A DNA stretch of 64,000 nucleotides from the NCBI GenBank assembly GCA_963811105.1, contig CAWEPZ010000009.1:64001-128000 (forward strand). Reading direction: 5' to 3'. The notes below the pieces were generated by a model, which saw only the letters and a program-made list of their open reading frames with translations, was not told the DNA's origin and searched no databases. The translations under genes were made by a program, and so were the position numbers. The first letter of the stretch is position 1; every line of letters begins with the position of its first letter. Shown here piece by piece: positions 60,480 through 64,000 of the stretch. Source of the DNA: Candidatus Bathyarchaeota archaeon (GTDB taxonomy: Archaea > Thermoproteota > Bathyarchaeia > Bathyarchaeales > Bathycorpusculaceae).

Positions 60480-62349
60480 AACCAATTTTCCCATAAACGA
60501 CTTGCTCCGCAGGAAGCTTCAAACGAGTATAACCATTACCACTTTAACGTTAAGTGTAGCTTCCACATTGTTTCTTTTGCTATTTACTAATCGCTTAGGT
60601 TTTGGAGCAACCGTAACAGTTGGTAGTTTAACTCAAGGATTAACAGCTATCTTTTCCCAATTTACGCTATTTATTGGCGTATTGATTTTTGTGATCGGAG
60701 CAGTGTTAGCTTCTTTTGTTGCTTTCTTAATGATGACTCAAAGAACTCGAGATTTTGGTTTAATCAAGGCAGCTGGATGCCCAAACAGTTTGGTTGGGGG
60801 ATACTTAATGGCTGAGCTGCTGACAACTACATTGATCGGCTGCATTTTGGGCGTTGGTCTTGGTTTTTTAATGGATTACAGCATTTCCTACACGGTTTTT
60901 TCTGGGTATCAGTTCCCTAATTTTTGGTTTTTACCTCTGGTTTTTGTGGCCTTTTTTGTTTTATCATTTTCTTTTGGTCTTCAACCAATTCTTAAAGCAG
61001 CTAGAATGTCTCCTATGCAGGCGCTTTCACCGGTTAACTATTATGGGTTAACTGCAACCACAGGCAAGCATAGGCCCTTGTCACATTCTGCGTTAACTTG
61101 GCGTATTGCCACAAGGAGCCTGTTTCGTAGGCAGTCGGCAAGTATCCGAATTATTGTTTTGTTGTCTACAGTGTTTCTTTTGCTTACGGTTTCTGTTGCA
61201 GGAGGCATAATTGCGCGTGATACTACCGTTTCCTGGGTTCAAAAAACAGTTGATAAAGACACAATTGCAATAGCGCATAACGCGATGGGCAACCAATATA
61301 GACAGCTTTTGTTTGAATTTTCTGGTGTCAGGAATACGGGTAATTTCGACTATTCAGACTCGCAGCTGGCTATTCCAGACAATATTATTGAACAACTAAA
61401 TTCTTTACATAGTGTGAGTTTGGTTGATGCACGATTAATTTTGAAGAAGCATATTAAAGAAGTTTCAAACTTTACCATTTTTCCTGATACTGAGCAAACC
61501 GTTAATGTCGGAGATGATAGACAAGGAGACAGCATAGTTGTAGGTGTTAATCCACAAAAACTGTCAGGGTCATGGTATACTCAAGGGCAATTTCTGACTG
61601 CTAAAGATAGTCTTGAAGCTGTTGTAGGTGATTCCATAGCTCATCAAATGTACTCATCTAACCCTGGCAAAGGAATTGTTTTATCTGATCCTCTGGTTGA
61701 AGGCTTAGAACTGCAAAATAGTACTTTTGACATCATTGGGGTAGCTGTTGACCCGCTAAATAATGGTTTGGTAATTTATGTGCCCATTGAAGTATTGATG
61801 AACATTACTGGTAACTCTAGCCCCAACTTGCTGTTAGTTAAGCTAAGCAATTCAACCGACCGCTCCGAAGTTCTCGCCCAAATCAAATCATTAATACAAC
61901 CTGTAGATCCTGATTTGAACGTGTTTATTTTGAATGATGTTGTTGCAAAAAATACGGATTTCTTAGCTTCATCCTGGCAAACGATCATGCTTCTACCGAT
62001 TTTTACTTTAGTTTCTGCAATGCTGTGCTTGGTGGGTTACTTGATGCTTGCTGTAGATGAACAGCACCAAGAATTCGCTGTTTTACGGGCTGTGGGAGCT
62101 AAACCAAAAGTAATAGTCACTATTTTGGCGATTCAAAGCGTATTTGTGCTTATTTCCAGTTTTGCAGCTGGAATACCTCTCGGCACAGTAATAACCTATA
62201 TTATTCTGATGCATCAACCGCTCGTCACAATCTTTACCGTTTTTCAAATAAGCGGGTGGCTTCTTGCAGCTTTGATTGGAATGTTTCTGTTTAGCCTTTA
62301 CCCTGCGTTGAAGCTAGCCAAAACTTCCATCTTAAAAATTATGACTTAA
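60472..62349 (+). CDS. FtsX-like ABC permease (two FtsX modules)
   Basis: QRTRDFGLIKAAG and EFAVLRAVGA motifs, multiple TM helices. Confidence 0.88.
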   Translation: MIKTNFPINDLLRRKLQTSITITTLTLSVASTLFLLLFTNRLGFGATVTVGSLTQGLTAIFSQFTLFIGVLIFVIGAVLASFVAFLMMTQRTRDFGLIKAAGCPNSLVGGYLMAELLTTTLIGCILGVGLGFLMDYSISYTVFSGYQFPNFWFLPLVFVAFFVLSFSFGLQPILKAARMSPMQALSPVNYYGLTATTGKHRPLSHSALTWRIATRSLFRRQSASIRIIVLLSTVFLLLTVSVAGGIIARDTTVSWVQKTVDKDTIAIAHNAMGNQYRQLLFEFSGVRNTGNFDYSDSQLAIPDNIIEQLNSLHSVSLVDARLILKKHIKEVSNFTIFPDTEQTVNVGDDRQGDSIVVGVNPQKLSGSWYTQGQFLTAKDSLEAVVGDSIAHQMYSSNPGKGIVLSDPLVEGLELQNSTFDIIGVAVDPLNNGLVIYVPIEVLMNITGNSSPNLLLVKLSNSTDRSEVLAQIKSLIQPVDPDLNVFILNDVVAKNTDFLASSWQTIMLLPIFTLVSAMLCLVGYLMLAVDEQHQEFAVLRAVGAKPKVIVTILAIQSVFVLISSFAAGIPLGTVITYIILMHQPLVTIFTVFQISGWLLAALIGMFLFSLYPALKLAKTSILKIMT

Positions 62350-63039
62350 ACTACTGAAAGATTTAGTAAAATACTTTAGCGATTCAATGTGCAGTGGCAT
62401 TTGGTTTATGAAATCTTGCAGCTGCAATATAGGTACGATGGGAACGTTATCATAAAACTTGAATGAACTTGGAAGAAGCGATAATACAACTGGGATGAAT
62501 TTGGCGCTACTCCATTTTGTGCATTCAAGTGTTAATTTGATATTGGGTAAAATATCTACCAGAGCGTTTGTTCGCTCTACCTGTGAATCAACAATTCTTC
62601 TCAATGCTGAAGGTGCTATTGAGTGCTGCCAATGTTTACAATCCACACAAATAACTGTGGGTTTTTTGCAGCCGATGACGTCTATTTCGTACTTGCGTGT
62701 GGCATTTTTAAACCGAACGTTGTTTGTTACCGTGTATCCGAAGGTTTTTAGTGCAAAACCAGCTATTTCCTCAAACTCTTGCCAACAAAGCAAATGGCTC
62801 GTCTGCTCTGAATCAGCTCCTAAAGAAACCGCTTTAACAGCTAATTTCAACCGTGCGTTGCTTTCAGCTGTTACCTTGCCTGATTCCAAATTAACTAATC
62901 CTTCATTTTGCAGTTTATCAAGCAACTTCGTTGATGTAGCTGATAATATGCGCGCATCCTTGTTGACATTTTCAGTTAAAACAGCTCCTTTTTTGGTTAA
63001 TTTGAGAAGCGAAATTATCAGATTACGTTCAACACTCAC
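62332..63039 (-). CDS. wHTH plus Mrr-like PD-(D/E)XK restriction-endonuclease-fold protein
   Basis: WQEFEE..FGY..EIDVIG..VDCKHW. Confidence 0.8.
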   Translation of the reverse strand: MSVERNLIISLLKLTKKGAVLTENVNKDARILSATSTKLLDKLQNEGLVNLESGKVTAESNARLKLAVKAVSLGADSEQTSHLLCWQEFEEIAGFALKTFGYTVTNNVRFKNATRKYEIDVIGCKKPTVICVDCKHWQHSIAPSALRRIVDSQVERTNALVDILPNIKLTLECTKWSSAKFIPVVLSLLPSSFKFYDNVPIVPILQLQDFINQMPLHIESLKYFTKSFSSLSHNF

Positions 63040-63199
63040 TTCAAAACCTCAACCAAATTAATACTTAAGGAGCAAAAAAACTGCTAAAATAATAGAACAT
63101 AACCCTGCATATCGCTGAATCGTATACAAAAGCATCAACCAAACATACTTTAAAATAGTTTAAGACATATTATCCTCGAATAATTTCTACGATTCTTTT

Positions 63200-63655
63200 C
63201 AATAAGCCCCTCTTCGTCCTATTGCTAAAGTTTATGGTTATCTTAGAGAAATACCCTTCTGCTTTCCGCACCATACAAAACCAGCCGTTCTTCGCATCTC
63301 GTAGCTCCTTGGAGACAAGAGATTCAGGGTAATTTGACATATAAACTACATTTATAGACAGGGATATGAAGCTTTTTTAGCTTTTAAATGTAAAATAACT
63401 ACGTTCGATTGTTTTTCGCTAATCAAAATTTTAAGAAATGTGTCTAATTGTGAGGAAAATGTGAGCCCAGGCTAAAAAATTTGAGATGTAAGCTAGGAAA
63501 AATATGAAAATAGCTAATCACTATATGCACGCTTTTGCTTAACCTTAAAGAGGGTGATTACAGGCGCTATTTAGGTTAGTTTACAAGATTTTTTGTGACT
63601 TCATATCTGCCGGAAAAATGCTAAGCATTATGCAGGTTAGTTAAGTTCTCTTTTT
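63200..63655 (-). ncRNA. Candidate ~450-nt structured RNA D
   Basis: AAATAGC/GCTATTT with TAATCAC/GTGATTA nested stems, and a long rod AGTTTAT/ATAAACT with AAATTACCCT/AGGGTATTT. Strand assigned mainly from the TTAAATA box. Confidence 0.5.
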
Positions 63656-64000
63656 GGTTTTAGTTTAATGTATATTTAACCTTCGAGGGGCTTCGAGGGA
63701 ATCCACGGTTCAGGGGCAGCTTGAATCGTAATTCTGAATGTGTTCTGTTGATGCTTTCGTATACCAAGCAGTCCTATCGCAATAAGGCTAAGAAAGTATT
63801 TTGTTTGAATAAAAAACTGAAAATTAAGTTTAAGAAAATAGTTATTTCTTTTCGCTTTCTTGGATTTCGCATTGAAGCTTCTTTATTATTTCATCAGCTC
63901 GCAATGGCTCAATTTTGAGCGTGTAGAGTCTACTGGGTGTACGAAGTTTCAATTTAACAATATCTTTAGATCTTTTGACTGAGCAATGCTTTGCTTTTGC

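Larger units (their letters stand above)
53490..63764. repeat. Dispersed ~30-bp motif GTATACRAAAGCATCAACCAAACAYAC, at least 7 intergenic copies
   Basis: 5' ends of copies at +53490, -56275, -57246, -58939, +59182, +63122 and -63764. Confidence 0.85.

Noticed and set aside
53490-63764. Motif as canonical ORB, dif site or CRISPR repeat
   Set aside because: No TCCA.TGGAAA core, no dif-like dyad, irregular kb-scale spacing in both orientations, and no cdc6 or cas genes in the window.

Overview
Archaeal chromosomal segment, most likely Bathyarchaeia. This is inferred from TiaS, Tsr3, archaeal AlaRS, several stand-alone Lrp/AsnC ligand-binding proteins, DUF996 and frequent TTG/GTG starts. Housekeeping genes include alaS, tiaS, pyrG, trmI, glgP, mtnP, apt, tsr3, nnr and pncA. 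RNA genes are tRNA-Val(GAC), tRNA-Ser(TGA) and an unannotated box C/D guide sRNA whose two guides match 23S rRNA helices 69 and 71. An accessory island at about 19-24.3 kb carries an HEPN nuclease, an IS1634-like element with TIRs and TSD that splits a gene, and two decayed tyrosine-recombinase units, each preceded by the same GC-rich hairpin. The most unusual feature is the largely protein-free space at 54.7-59.2 kb and 63.1-64 kb. It is packed with stems whose G-U pairs mostly favour one strand, sitting behind TATA boxes, which suggests five or six long (about 300-700 nt) structured non-coding RNAs. These are interleaved with at least seven copies of an unrecognised ~30-bp motif, GTATACRAAAGCATCAACCAAACAYAC. 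All structures were read by eye; no folding or database search was run.
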